From Lama glama (lineage: Eukaryota): 64,000 bases of DNA. Location of the stretch: NCBI GenBank assembly GCA_028534125.1, contig CM052816.1, positions 74,216,001 to 74,280,000 of the forward strand, read 5' to 3'. The notes under the pieces are model-generated. The model was not told the DNA's origin, searched no databases, and was given only the letters and a program-made list of their open reading frames with translations. Both the position numbers and the translations under genes were made by a program. How positions within the stretch are numbered: the first letter of the stretch is position 1; each line of letters begins with the position of its first letter. Shown here in pieces: positions 26,001-39,100 of the stretch.

Positions 26001-28334
26001 GCGACACAGCCAAAAGAGGGTTGACACAGCTCCCATCAACACACCTCATTCTGAGCCGCTCCAGCCTCTAGATTAAAAAGCCTTCCGTGTCCTAGGGAGA
26101 TGGCGACCCAGTAATCTTCCTATCAGAACGGGGTTTTCTAGCAAACCACCGTGTCGGCTCCTTCGGTGAGTCTGGCAGGGTTTCGGTTCTGCAGAAAGAA
26201 GTGCCAGTGCCACACTCTGCTCCGATCCTCGCATATTATTAGGCCTGGTTCCTTTGGTGCCACTTAAGCAGTTGGACCCGTAATTTCCTGTGTACTCCCC
26301 AGCTATGACTCTCCGGCTAGTGGTAGGTGCCAAATACTTTTCCAGTTTACAAACAAGAAAGACAAATCACTGAATTGAGTGTAGAACTCAGAATGCAATT
26401 CACTGAATCCTAATGCATAGAGATGATTTATCAAAGTTCGAGTCTTTCATTTTACAGAAAAAGATACTGAAGTCCGAGAAGTCAGTAAATTTACAAGGAT
26501 CACACAGCTGGTTAATAGCAGAGCCAAAACTAGGCACCCTAAGTCACAGCTCAGTGAGCACTCTTCCTGTCTTCTCGTATTGGCCAGATCCTGGATTCAT
26601 GATTGTCAGGCCCAATATTTACAAAAGCGAAAGCACTGAGGAAAAAAAAAAATAACCTAAGTTTAGAACCCTTTTATGGTAGAAATTAGGGAACCTAAAA
26701 ATTCCTTTCTTGCTACTTGCCAGACACTGTTATAGAAACTTTCACAGACAGTATATGATTAAATCCTCACAATAACCTTTTAGGTTAGGTGGTCTTATTA
26801 CCATCCCTGTTTTGACAGATTAGGAAACTGAGACCCAGAAAGGTTCTTTGACTTGCTCAAGGTCACAAAGCTGTCCAGTGCTGTGCTGGGATTCAAACCT
26901 GGCAGTCTGACTCCAGAGTCCTGTGCTCTTCCTTACTACCCTCTGCTGCCTGTTTGTATGATGATTAATAGGGTCAGAACAGGAAGGGAGAGAAATAAAC
27001 CTTGGACAGCTCCACAGACTGACCGTTGAGATTGGCAGGAAAACCAAGAGAACCTGGAATGATTGCTTCCTTGGTTTATGAAAGTGGTCATCTACTTGTG
27101 TAGGAAAAAGATTTTCTGTGAGAGAAGTTTGTCTTTAAAGGGAGGCCTTCTCAAAAAACAAGAGGATTTTTTTAAAAGTAATCTTTAAATAGTAAATGCT
27201 GTCTATCTTTAAAACAACAAAATACAGAATAAATCTTTGCATATTTTAAAAATATAAAATACTTGAATCCTACAACATGACAATACACAGGACAGGATTT
27301 CATAAACAAAATGCCTAGAAACCAAGAGCTTCAAACTCCCAACCTGACGTATCCTGTCACAGGCCCCCCATGGTGCTCCCATACAGCCCTATAGGGCAAA
27401 GCTGATGCTAGAACCTAGAGAACTAGGCTACTGAAGGCTTTAGGCTGTCATAGAAAAGGAAAACTCAGAACTCAGCATCAGAAACCACTTCTAAAGTCCT
27501 CTGTCCACATCCCATTCCAGGAGCCCCCCGTACTGCCATTTCTCCTGCAGCTCTAAGCTTTTCTTGAATATGTTACATAATAGCAATTAGTGTGGTATTA
27601 TAATCAGCACTAGGGTATTATTTACAATTGGCCATGAACAGATGAAGGCTCTGGGCCCATTCATACATTAGCAAAATTATCTCATGAAAAGTTGTCAGAA
27701 TCAGTTACCTTTGATTTTTTTGTTTGTAGTTTTTAAAAGCACCATTTCAGCGAGATTGGGGCTTGGAACCCTTATTATCTGCTCTACAGTATTTCATTGC
27801 TGTGTCTAATAGATAACTTGTATTTCACAGGACACAGTTACTGCTCTAGGACAAGAGGTCTACCAGGCCCCCAGACCACAATTAATGGTCAGCTTTTCTC
27901 TTACGTGAATTCATACATTGAAATTTGCTCCTCAGCAGATATGAGCTACCATTTTGTGTCTAAAAGTATGTTTGAGTTACTCAGCAGAAGCAAAATTACT
28001 TGTGGTCAATTACTCTGATTTTCCAGTTTTTAATTTCTTATTGTTCTCTAAGATTTCATGTCTTTGTGGCATTTTCATTTCAGAAACATCATACAAACAA
28101 TTAGTTACTGAGAATACGTAGAATGCGCTTGACTGATATTTAAAAAACCCCAAGACTGCTTTCTTAGTCTAGTCCATTACATGGATAGTAAACATGAACA
28201 ATAGGTAAAAAATAAGATACAACAAATACTTTTTGAGTAGAACCTGACTATACTATAAAAAAGAAGAAACTCTCAAAAAGGTTCATGCCACTGGATAGTC
28301 ATCTGTGCTTCCTATAAGTACCCCATGTTAGCCA

Positions 28335-28500
28335 TTCTCCACATGTGGTTCCAGGACCAGCAGTGTATTCCTGGGAACTTGTTAGGAATGCAAGTTCTTG
28401 GGTCCTAACCCAGACCAACTGATCAACAACTCTGGATGCGGGGTCCAGCACTGTGTTTTAACAAGATGTTAATGTATGCTATAGTTGGAGAACCATTACC
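28335..28500. mobile_element. MER5A-like hAT MITE
   Basis: gtggttccaggaccagcag...ctgggaacttgttaggaatgcaa...gttttaacaag...ttggagaaccatt. Confidence 0.7.
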
Positions 28501-29849
28501 TAGATGGGGCAATCTCAAGGCAAGGTGATGGCAAGGAGATACCAAATTTGCTTCATGTATCTTGTCATCTTTTCTGATCTCCGATTCCCTCCACCCCAAC
28601 ACCATCAAGAGCTGATGTAAATTCCCAAAGGAAAATGGGAGCTTTGCCTATGCTCTGTGCAATCCAATATTGTCAGCCACAAAGAGATCTCATACGGAGG
28701 TAACTGTATTTTAGAGATTAAGTGTGTAGTCTTTGGAGTCAAGCTCCCTGGTTTCAAATATTGCCTCCACTATCAGCTGTTTCTCATCTTCTCATTGTTT
28801 CCTCTGTTAGTAACATGATAGCTAATAAAATAATTACCTCATGAGGTCATTGAGATGATTAAATGTAAAGTGTTTGGGAAGTAGTAATTGATTCATAAAT
28901 GATTCTGTTATGTTACAGTGAGATTTTTCTTTCCTAGGGCTGTATTTTGGTACAAATATCAAGGTGGTCATTACTTGCGTAATTAGGTGTCATATTTACA
29001 GCGTCATATTAGGTTGTGGGAAAGTTGAGGAGAAAAAAATTATGAATTCACATGCTGCCTTCCTACATACCATGTCAATAGGATTAATGAAGTAGTTTAT
29101 AGAATGTGGAGTAGTTTTAAGATCTATAAATTCAGAATATATTTAGGATAGTCCACTTGTAGGCTCCCAACTAGAATGATCTCATTAATTGGTGGGAAGG
29201 GTTCGATAGTTTTAATTCCTGCTGCTTCTCATTTGAAATCGTTATGACAGATTCTCAAGAGCCATAACACAGCTCAGCACGTTACACGTGAAAAATATTC
29301 AGCCTACGTTTCCACTCCTGATGTTAACACAAAAACCAGTGTTATCACAATGAATTCAAAGCTATCATGTTTTCTCCAACAAAATCAGGCTTGACTTTTA
29401 AGGTCAGGTATTTATGTGTAATTTTGCATGCAGTTAAAAACTGTTTCCACGTGAACAGCTTACTGATCATTTATTCAAAACAATCAACCCCTATTGAAGA
29501 TGTGCTTTAAAATCGACTTGATTTTCTGGTGGAGACTTTTATCTACATTTAAGCCTCAGTCAATAGTATTAGCTTATTCAAAGTATAAAGTGGGTAATTA
29601 GAAGACCCTTATGGACCTTGCTAATCTTGAAATCTTACTTCCAAATTGCATGTAGTGGGAGCAGCAGCATTTACATTCCCATGAAATTATTCCTACTTTC
29701 AATAGTGTTATGAGGATAGCAGCCTTTTTAAATGGCAAGACTGTAAGACTCTTATTTTTGTACATATTCAAAAAAGATTTCTAGGCTTTCAATATATTGA
29801 CATTAGGGTTCAGTTTAGTTCCCTTTTGAATCTTAGGTGGTAGGGGTGG

Positions 29850-30470
29850 TATAACAACAAAAAAAAGTATGTATTTGTTTTGTCCCAGGTTCCTGGCACT
29901 GAGCTCCTAAAATCCTGAGTTTTGTCTTTTGTTATTCTGTTAGGAACTAAAGCCCAGACCTGAGTTTATGTAGTGAGGTTACTCTAGGCTCTGGTCATCA
30001 GAGAAATCACGTGCATGGATTAGAGGGCTAGAACTATCAACCCCATCCCAAGATCTCCAGGGAAGGGGCTGGAGAGTTCAATAATCAATGGCCAATGACT
30101 TAATCGCACTTAGATAATGAAACTTCAGTAAACAAGTTAAGGGAGCTTCCAGGTAAACACATTTCCACGTGCTGGGAGGGCAGAACACCAAGACAGGATG
30201 TGGAAGTGCTGCCCGGCCCTCCCTCCAGTTTGTCCTATGCATCTCTTCCCTATGCCTGTTCCTGGTTTATACTTTATAATAAAACTATACTCAGAAGTAT
30301 GGTGCTTTCCCGAGTTCTGAGTCATTCTAGTGCATTACTGAATCTGAGATGGGTGGAATCTCCCAATTTGCAGCTGGTGTCTGAAATGGCAGTCTTGTGG
30401 TACTTATCACTTAACTCTGGGTACTGTCAGAATTGAAAGACACCTAGCTGGTACTGGAGAAGTGAAGAAC
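29850..30470 (+). mobile_element. MER21-like solo LTR
   Basis: ttttgtcccaggttcctggcactgagctcctaaaatcc...ttataataaaact...gagttctgagtcattctag. Confidence 0.7.
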
Positions 30471-31081
30471 TGCTATAGGAACATGGTGTAGGAGAGAAAC
30501 AAGAGGCTCCCTCATCACTGTCCAGTGCACTTTGGAATTCCTGTGATGACCAAGGTCTGGCACTGCTGTACAGCTGTCATACTGTAGACCGAGCTAAAAG
30601 CTCCAGAAGTGGGAAGAACAAAATAGCCAGTTCAGCACTTTAATATACATCATGGTTTTTAAGAGCTGTTATGTCAAATGCTTCACGAACTCAAAGTGCT
30701 AGCCATCATAAGGCGTAAAACCAGTAGGTAGCTTTCCTCCTCTGCAATCAGATTTACTGGTATTTGGAGCACACTGAAACAGCCTTTATTATCTTTGGGA
30801 AAAGTAAAAATGAACTATATACCTGCCCCTCACACCTGTCTTGAAAGGACTTGCCAAATCTGAAACCTCAAATGATAATTTCAATGCTTTGCCGTCCTTT
30901 GTCCCTGATTTCTACCTTGTGGTCAGAGCTCTTGAAAGATTACGTTTAAAAATAAACCTTGTTTCACACCCTGGCTTGAAAGAACAGCACGAGCTATTTT
31001 CAGCACTCAAAATTCACTATATACTACCTAGTAATTTACATACTTGAGACCACTATCTGTCAGGAATTTAAACTTTTTTTT

Positions 31082-31181
31082 NNNNNNNNNNNNNNNNNNN
31101 NNNNNNNNNNNNNNNNNNNNNNNNNNNNNNNNNNNNNNNNNNNNNNNNNNNNNNNNNNNNNNNNNNNNNNNNNNNNNNNNN
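31082..31181. other. Assembly gap (100 N)
   Basis: Run of 100 N after a poly-T tract; true size unknown. Confidence 1.
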
Positions 31182-31364
31182 GACTGAGAACTTCATCTCT
31201 CAAATTTTATGTCTCAATTCACATTATCAGTCACGTTAATACAGACGAGAAGGCAGCATCTCTGACCACAAACCAAAGGTAAGTTAAAAAAAAAAAAAAG
31301 AGTCACGAACACGTAATTTTAAAGTTTACTTTAAAAATGTAAATATCTCCCAATATTTAACAGG

Positions 31365-32515
31365 TAAAGAAAATAGCATATTGGTTTATTTTATGTGGTT
31401 GTTATAGTTTATTTTCCAAGTAATACTGATTAAAAATATTTACACACCTACTTAAGTCCACAGTTTAGCACTCTTATTTGTATGGCTTTAAAAGTTATAG
31501 CACAAGATCTTTACATTAAGGATTGGGGGGAAAGATTCATTCAAAACAAAGCCTGATATATTATATACATGTTTTTCTCTGTACTTTATTTTAAATACAT
31601 TAATTTTTAAATGATGCTTACCTTTTTTTCATCTGGTGGTAAAATACTAGTGCAACTTTTCATCAAAATAAAGTTTACCACAGATATAAATGAATTTTCC
31701 CAATTGAAAATGGCCCTGAATTCAGCTGCCATTAAATGAAATTTCTCAACCTAACTTAACTCAAAAAGAATTCGTAGTTGTCATTTTTAAGCAAAAATAT
31801 AAAGTACTGTTAGCATCACCTACATCACTCCTTGCAACACAAACTTTGAAAGAACCAGAGATGCTTTATAGTTTAGTTGGTTTTGAAAAGGCACATGGGT
31901 GTGGTTTTTTTTCCTTTTTTTTTTTTTAAAACATTCTAGACATTGCCACGACCACTGTTTCTGTTGCAGAGATGACATCTGTAACTATCAGGGTAGACAA
32001 GAATGTTGTTCAAACTAAAGAAAGCTAGAAGCCAAAATTTAACTGCACAGTAACAATGTACTTTTCTTCATGCAGCCTGTGTTTCCTACATATTCAAATT
32101 TTCTAACATGCATTAGAATACATAAACTTGTATTCTAATGATTTTACATTTGATTTTACAATATGGAAAAAAAAAAAAAAGAGAAAACTCGAGGAAGGAC
32201 ATGACCTGGAAAAGAGAGAAGGGAGAACCCTTACCACAATGAAAATAGATACCCTCGTACCCAACTATGTAATAAGAATAGACTCCATTTAAGTCTCCAG
32301 AAATATACTTCTCAAAGCTTCCCATTCACTTATGGGAAAGATCCCTCCTCTGTGGCATTAAGTGGGGGGGAAATCAGTTTGTTTCAAAAGAAACAGTTCA
32401 GCACAACAGGAAAGTTTTAACTTTGGTCCACTTGTCTGTTAGCTTAAGGACAGTCACACTGCCCATGAGTTCAAAAACCCAACACGTAAATTTAAAAATA
32501 TATTCACTTGTTATT
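31365..32515 (-). other. ZNF131: ZNF131 3' UTR (distal end approximate)
   Basis: AT-rich, apparently repeat-free sequence after the stop; minus-strand AATAAA at 31585-31590, 31408-31413 and 31385-31390. Confidence 0.75.
31385..31413 (-). terminator. ZNF131: Tandem polyadenylation signals of ZNF131
   Basis: Two AATAAA hexamers on the minus strand (tttatt on plus), followed downstream by U-rich sequence. Confidence 0.65.
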
Positions 32516-33199
32516 TCATTCTAGAACCGGCATAGGTGTTCTGTTTTCACTTCCTGCCTTTTCAGCTTGGGGATCCACTGATTTGGTCTCTAAACCCTCC
32601 GCATCTTCGTGATCTTCTCTGGGAGCCATAGCAACATCTGCTTGGGCAGGTTCTCTCTCCTCCTGGCTCATGATGTCAGGGGTCACTTGATCCAAGTCTG
32701 CTTCTAGAAGCTCAGTCTGTACTTCCATTGGCATCTGGTTTACCCGTTCAACATGCAGCTCCTCAACATGAACTTCAGTACCTTCTTCAGTCTGAATTCG
32801 ACCCACTTCCAGATAACTGACTTGGACCTGCTCTGGAAGCTCACTCATATGTGATTCGTGTACTTGGCTGTCCTGGAGCAGATCTGGATGGACCTGTTCC
32901 ACAGTCACTTGTGCTGAATCCACCTGAACCTGAAGCAATGGTAACACATGCACTTTTCCAACTTGCTCTATAATAGTCATTGATGTCACAGGTTCTGTTT
33001 GCACACGTGTTTCTACTGAAAGAACTTCTTCGGTTACTAGACGCTCTGAAATATTGTGAGTATCACTGAGATGCCTTCTTAATTCATTTCCTTGCATGAA
33101 CCACAAGTCACATAAAGTACAATGGTTGGGTTTATCTCCAGTGTGTATTACCAAGTGATCTTTGAACTGGTCCCAGCTGTTAAACACACTGTTACAGAC
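32516..33199 (-). CDS. ZNF131: ZNF131 last coding exon: fingers 5-6 and V/Q/E-rich acidic C-terminus ending PVLE*
   Basis: ttatttcag| acceptor at 33199; 684 nt to stop; total CDS 1872 nt = 623 aa. Confidence 0.97.
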   Translation of the reverse strand, partial: VCNSVFNSWDQFKDHLVIHTGDKPNHCTLCDLWFMQGNELRRHLSDTHNISERLVTEEVLSVETRVQTEPVTSMTIIEQVGKVHVLPLLQVQVDSAQVTVEQVHPDLLQDSQVHESHMSELPEQVQVSYLEVGRIQTEEGTEVHVEELHVERVNQMPMEVQTELLEADLDQVTPDIMSQEEREPAQADVAMAPREDHEDAEGLETKSVDPQAEKAGSENRTPMPVLE

Positions 33200-33863
33200 C
33201 TGAAATAACCAAACATTGGGTGTTAATAATAAATTATATTCAAACTGAAGGAAATATGGGTGCATTTATTCTCTGTAAGAAAAAAGTTGATTTTTCTGGA
33301 AAATGTTATGAATGTGATATTTGCAATAAAGTTCGATTTAAGGGATTTCAGAATCCTTTTATTTGGTCTTTCTTTTAGCTGATGTAGCTAACAAATTCTT
33401 TGGGGAAAATATTTTAGTATTGCCTTCACTGTTTGTTTATATTCCTAGAATTTTTGACATTTAAAGTAACATTATAATTTCTTCCATAATATCAACATTT
33501 AGAACCATTTCACCATTTGGGATAAATACACACTAATCATGGAAGAGCCAATTACAGCTGCTCTGCCTTCTGGCCCTACTCCTGAATTCCCCACTCCTAA
33601 TGATTGCTCCATGGTTAAGAATAACCAGAGTTTCAGACCACCTGTTATTTAGGACATAATTTTATTGACACTGGTGTCATCTAGGGTTAGGTAAATAAAA
33701 AAATATTCTAATCCCCCTTATAAAAGCAAGACAATGATGTTCTTTACTCTCTTTTCTTACTAAACTGTCAGCTCTATGCCTTTGCTCCAGGCTTGTTATT
33801 GCTCACTTCTAATGATCTCAAACACAGACTCCTTTGCTAAGGACACAGAACACCCACACATAC

Positions 33864-33994
33864 CTGACATTCATAAAGCTTCTTTCTTCCCTTTTTTGCC
33901 CCCACTCCAGTTTGGCACGCAGTTAGGTGACATTTGAGGGTGCTATTTCTAGCAAATCGCTCATGACAATTTGGACATTCAAAAGGTTTTTCAC
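33864..33994 (-). CDS. ZNF131: ZNF131 coding exon 5 (GEKPFECPNCHERFARNSTLKCHLTACQTGVGAKKGRKKLYECQ): C2HC finger 4 and start of finger 5
   Basis: ttctactag| acceptor, CAG|GTATGT donor, 131 nt; TGEKP linker formed across the splice junction; translated by hand (not in the ORF track). Confidence 0.96.
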
Positions 33995-34309
33995 CTAGTA
34001 GAACAGAAAAGAATTATACTGACAAGAAAAACAAAAAGCAAAAACTTTTTTCTTTTTGGTTAATTCTAATAGCACCTTTTCTGAAAGAAGAATCAGAATT
34101 TATAACTTAGCTGTTTCTACCACATCCAAAAGACTATTCTACAGGTGGAAATAGTAAGATTTTAATGATTCTTATAATTTCATCTGTGCTCTGGTGAAGA
34201 AATAAAATTTGGATCTGAGTGCTGTTCCATGTTTTTGCATTTCTTAAGAAACTGTATATTTTCCCTGAGATAAAAATCAAGACCAATCTCCATTTCAGGG
34301 AAATGCTTA

Positions 34310-36100
34310 ACTATCTATTCCACAAGCATTTTTTGAGCACTTACTGTGTACCAGACCATATGCTAGGTGGTGAAAAGAAACTCCCTTGTTTTTAAGAACT
34401 TCGTGTCACAGGCCAGGATATTTCAGGAAGGTGAAATACATGAACATACACAAGTGCAGCGCACTGTAGAAGGCTGTCATAGAGAAGGAGCGATGGGCAG
34501 TCATGAGCGCAGTGCACTGTAGAAGGCCTGTCCCAGAGAAGGGGTGGATAGGAGGTCACGAGCGCAGCACTGTAGGAAGACCTGTCACAGAGAAGGGGCG
34601 ATGGGAGGTCACGAGTGCAGCGCACTGCAGAAGGCTGTCATAGAGAAGGGGCGATGGGAAGTCATGAGTGCAGCGCTCTGTAGGAGGCCTGTCACAGAGA
34701 AGGGGCGATGGCAGGTGCAACTGCAGCAGCACAGAGAAGAGTGATTAATCCTGCCTGGAATGGAATGAGAGGGCAGGAACAAGGAAGTTCATTCCATACC
34801 AGGCAGAGGCACAGAAGGGTAAGACAGCACTGCGGGTGAGGAGTAAGGATAGTGACTCCCAGGTCTATCGCTGAGAATACCAACCAGAATAGAGAAGTGC
34901 AAGTAGGTCGGACGGGGGGTGGTGCTGGGGAAGAGTATACACTCAGTTTTGAGTCTGGTGAGTCTGAGGTACTCAGAGTAAAGTGGAAAATTCTGGTCGA
35001 CAGTTTCACAGACAAATTTGAAGCCAAACAGAGGATATATAGATAAGGAGCTACTTTAGGTGGTAACAGAAGCCTGTGATGTGGATGAAACTCTCAGTAT
35101 GTGATGTGATAACAAAATCAAGGACAGAATCCAGTGAAACATCCAGTTAAAACAGCAGGTAGATGGGGCAAGCAAAGAAAACAAACAGAACAGCCATAAG
35201 CAGAAGAAAACACCGAAGAAAATTAAAGAAATTTCAGAGAAATGAGGGTAGTAAACAGTGCCAGACTGAAGAGAAATGTCAGGTAGGGTAAAATCAGGGG
35301 ATTGTAGTAACTTCAGCAAGAACAGTGTGAGTGGTGTGGTGGAATCAGAAGCCAGACTACCATGGGTAAAGGGAGAGTGAGTAGGAGGCAAATCAATGAA
35401 AACAAATTCTTTCCAGAAAGTTTGGAAGTAAAGAGAAGTGGCTAAGAAGGGGACATACCAGTAAGAGGTTCTTTAAGCCAGAAGAAGCGAGTCATTATTT
35501 GCTGAGGAAGAAGGAACCATGGAGAAGGGCAGAGCAGTAGGAATGACGGATGAAACACGTGGAAGAGACATCAAGGTGTGGGACTCAGGACTGGTCTTGA
35601 GGAAAAGGGAAATATCGTTCCCTCCAATAAAAGATGACAAAGAAGGAAGTTTACCCCATAGCTAAGGTGGGGGAGGAAGTCAGATATATCATCTGCCAGG
35701 ACAGGGTGTGGGCAGGGGTCTTGAGTGCTACACTGAAGGTCTAGAATGTCAATTAGGAAAGGAAAGATATAAATAAGACCAAAAGGCCTAACACAGTCCC
35801 AAAAGAATTTTTTCCAGCAGTGCTCAGCAAGGAGCAGAAATAAATGACTCTAATAATTCCAGGATGCAGGGTTTTTTAGAGCAAGAGAGTTCAAAAACCA
35901 AGGGAATGTACCTGGCGTTCAAGAACAAGTGACTCAAGTAACGTGCAATGAGGACAAGATAAGGTAAAGTCAGGACCAGGGTAACTGACAGGAAGGCTAA
36001 ATGAGGTAGAGTCCAACAGTCAGAGTAAGAAATGCAGTAACAGAATTTAAGAGACAGAATGATGCTTGCAGAGAACAGGTCTAAGATTTCAGAGGTTGAG
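34310..36100 (-). mobile_element. Decayed L2 element (boundaries approximate)
   Basis: Antisense L2 3' end (ttgagcacttactgtgtaccagaccatatgctagg) followed by a purine-rich L2-like body. Confidence 0.55.
34453..34715. repeat. Minisatellite, 5 copies of ~52-55 bp
   Basis: Consensus approx. AGTGCAGCGCACTGTAGAAGGCCTGTCACAGAGAAGGGGCGATGGGAGGTCAYG. Confidence 0.92.
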
Positions 36101-39100
36101 CCCCAGTGATAATCAGGTCCTAGATGTGACCCTCAAACTTACATGGAACATAGTCAAGTAACTCTGAGCTGTTTTTTCCCTGATAAAACAACCATAGCTT
36201 ATTTTTTGGTATAATTTTCATGAGATGAAAAATCTAATTTGAGAGAGAAGACCTAATCACCTAGAATTATTGTTGATATAAGAACTCCTTGACAACTCCC
36301 CAAATGTTGGGAGATACTGCTAACTAGAATGGTTAAGTTTTGTCTTTATAGTGTGTAATTTTTCACTATAAATCAAACCTACAAATAAAAACTGGCATAG
36401 CCTCTTTAAAGGGCAATTTGATAATATCTGCCAAGATTTAAAATGCACACATTCTCTGACTTGGCAATTCTGCTGTTGAAAATTAAGTAACCTGAATATG
36501 TACACAAAGATTATGTCCAGGTATGTTTATCTGCAGTACAGTATGTAATAGCAAAAGACTAAGAAAAAACCTAAATGTGTATCAACATGAGTGGTTAAGT
36601 AAATTACGGCAGCCACAGTGGAAAAAAATTAAGTAGACTCATGAATGTTTCATATACTAAAAGAGTTCAAGATAAATTAAATGGTGTGACCCTGTACTAC
36701 ATGCTCCTGTCTGTTTTTTTCAAAAGCTCTGTTTATAGGTACTTGAAAATCCAAAGAATACACCTGGAGGGATAAATAAGAAAATGATCGCAGCAGTTGC
36801 TTCTGGAGAGATCTACTTAAGTAGGAAAGAGATTCATTTTTCATTGTATGTCATTTGAGCTCTTGCTATTTAAAAAAATTAGTTTAACAAGCCCAATAAA
36901 ATCTAGGACTAGCAACAGATTAATTATACTTTAGATGTGTGGGAAGTACAGTCTTCCAAGTGCTTTTACCATTTTCTCTTATTTGTCACAACCCACCAAA
37001 GTAGATGTCAACATCCTTATTTACAGAGACAAGGAAAGAGGCCCAAAGACAGAGAGACCAGTCAAGTTCCCATGCTGACAAATGTCAGAACTGGAGCCTG
37101 AAGCTAATTCTAGTTCCCAGACCCACAGTTTTTCTATAATTCCACACTAGGTCTCTGGGAAAGTAAGGGACAATTATTTGAAAACGTGGTTATGCGTCAC
37201 CTTTAGGTTCTCTTTTATACTGCGTGTCCCACAGGCATATCATCAATACATCTGATTTCCCCTCACCCCCAAATCTTACCCTTTTCTATTTTTCTTTCTA
37301 AATTAATAACCTCCAATTGTGAAACCGCTCAAATCAGAAAGCTGCAAGTCACCTTCTCTTTTACCGCTGTATCTCACCAGTCACCAAATCCTGTTGATTC
37401 TGCCCACTTAACGTTACTCACATCTCCAATCCTTTTCCACTATTACTGCCTTTATTCAACCCCTCATTCTTGTTGAGATTACTCCAACAGCTTCCTAATT
37501 AGATTCAGTAGGTTTCACCCGACTCTAATCTATCCTGCCAGTTATCTCTCTGAAACATAAATGTAATCAGAAATCTTTTGGGCTTAAATTTCTTTAAAGT
37601 GATCCAGAGTCTTTCAAGAAAAAAAAATTAAGTTAGAGGACTTACGAAAATAACTAATTGATCTTAGCCTTCTCTTCTATCACTTTCTCTCTCTTGTCCT
37701 TGAACCACTGGTAGATGGTCCATGATGCCTAAGTACACGCCACAGTCAGCCCTTCCAAACTCTTCACCTGCATCTTCTGGCATTCCTTTACTTGGACCCA
37801 ATCCTCCAGTGATAAAATCCCGCCAGCAAGTGCTCCCAGTGAGTTACTTCTCTCTCCTCTGTCTGTGTACGTGTCATCTCTTTTGCTTAGAATGCTCATC
37901 TCCTGGCTAATCCTTTTCCTTTGAGGGCCATCACAGGATAAACCCTCCAGGAAGCCATCCTTGTCTCTTCCATCATCAACAGCACAAGCAGGCGTTTCCA
38001 TAAGACTCTGTCCTTACCTCTATCGGTACTTAAGCCTATCACACTGTGATTGTGCCTGCTTGTCTCTCCCAACGTAAACTTTGAGCTCCTTAAACACAGA
38101 GACTTAAAAGTTTATTATCTCCATGGACTAGCAGGTTGACATTATCATTACTATTTCCAAATGGAAACAAAATCATTCAGGGCAAGTCACAGCCAAAATT
38201 TTGCAAATCAAGCTATAGATTACAGTGCACACTTTAAGAACATACAAGAAACCAAAGCACTAAACTAATAAAAGAATGCAAAATATGAAACTGAAGGGGG
38301 GTATATAAGGTATATTCTGAAGGTAGGAAATAGGAACAGAACTGTTTATCTTTACACTTAGTTTGTTATAAGCAAAAAATGATCCATCCTTTATTAACAT
38401 AAATACAACTTCCAACTGTTTACTTATGCTCCTCTTAAACTTACTAAGTCATCACATATACAACTATCTTGTCATTAATTACTAGTACAATAATTGACTG
38501 AAGTTAAAAAAGACAATAAAAGTTCTGTTTGCTTTACATGCAAAATTGTTCCTCCAAAGGATGTCTAGTTCTTTAACAGCTACTTAATTAAGTTCTTAAG
38601 CTATCTCACATCGTTTTGAAAGGAAAGACACAGAACCTAATGCCCTTTAACTCTGTACTCGGCTGTTCAATCCAGTGTACAATGGGTAGGACTTGGAAAG
38701 CATATTTTAAAACTTCCAAAAGGATCTGTGTTGTCCTATTTTCAAACAACTCACTAGGTAATGTTTTGGATAAAAGAGACAATTGCTTCTACTTTGACAT
38801 TTCTAGGAAATAATATAAAAGTGATTATTTGCTGGTGTATTGGAAACCCCCATCAAAGTCTGCTAGTTACCAAGTAACATCTATTTGCTAATTAACTGTT
38901 CTGCTGGTATGTCAATGCTTTTGCAAAACTAATCACAACAGTTACCACAAAAAAGTTCATCAATAGACCATTAATACAGATGATTTTTTTTTTTTAAGGA
39001 CAAAAACTACAGTTAAGGCAACTGCCAAAATTCAACAGGTCTATACACATGATGTTTGAAAACCAGAAAGCATTTCCCCCAAAGATTCCATAAACACCTA

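Noticed and set aside
24992..26042. Long overlapping ORFs up to 197 aa
   Set aside because: Low-complexity G/P/R/A translations expected from stop-poor CpG islands; no recognisable domain
34453..34715. Regularly spaced repeats resembling a CRISPR array
   Set aside because: Contiguous tandem units with no unique spacers, no cas genes, and a mammalian intron context
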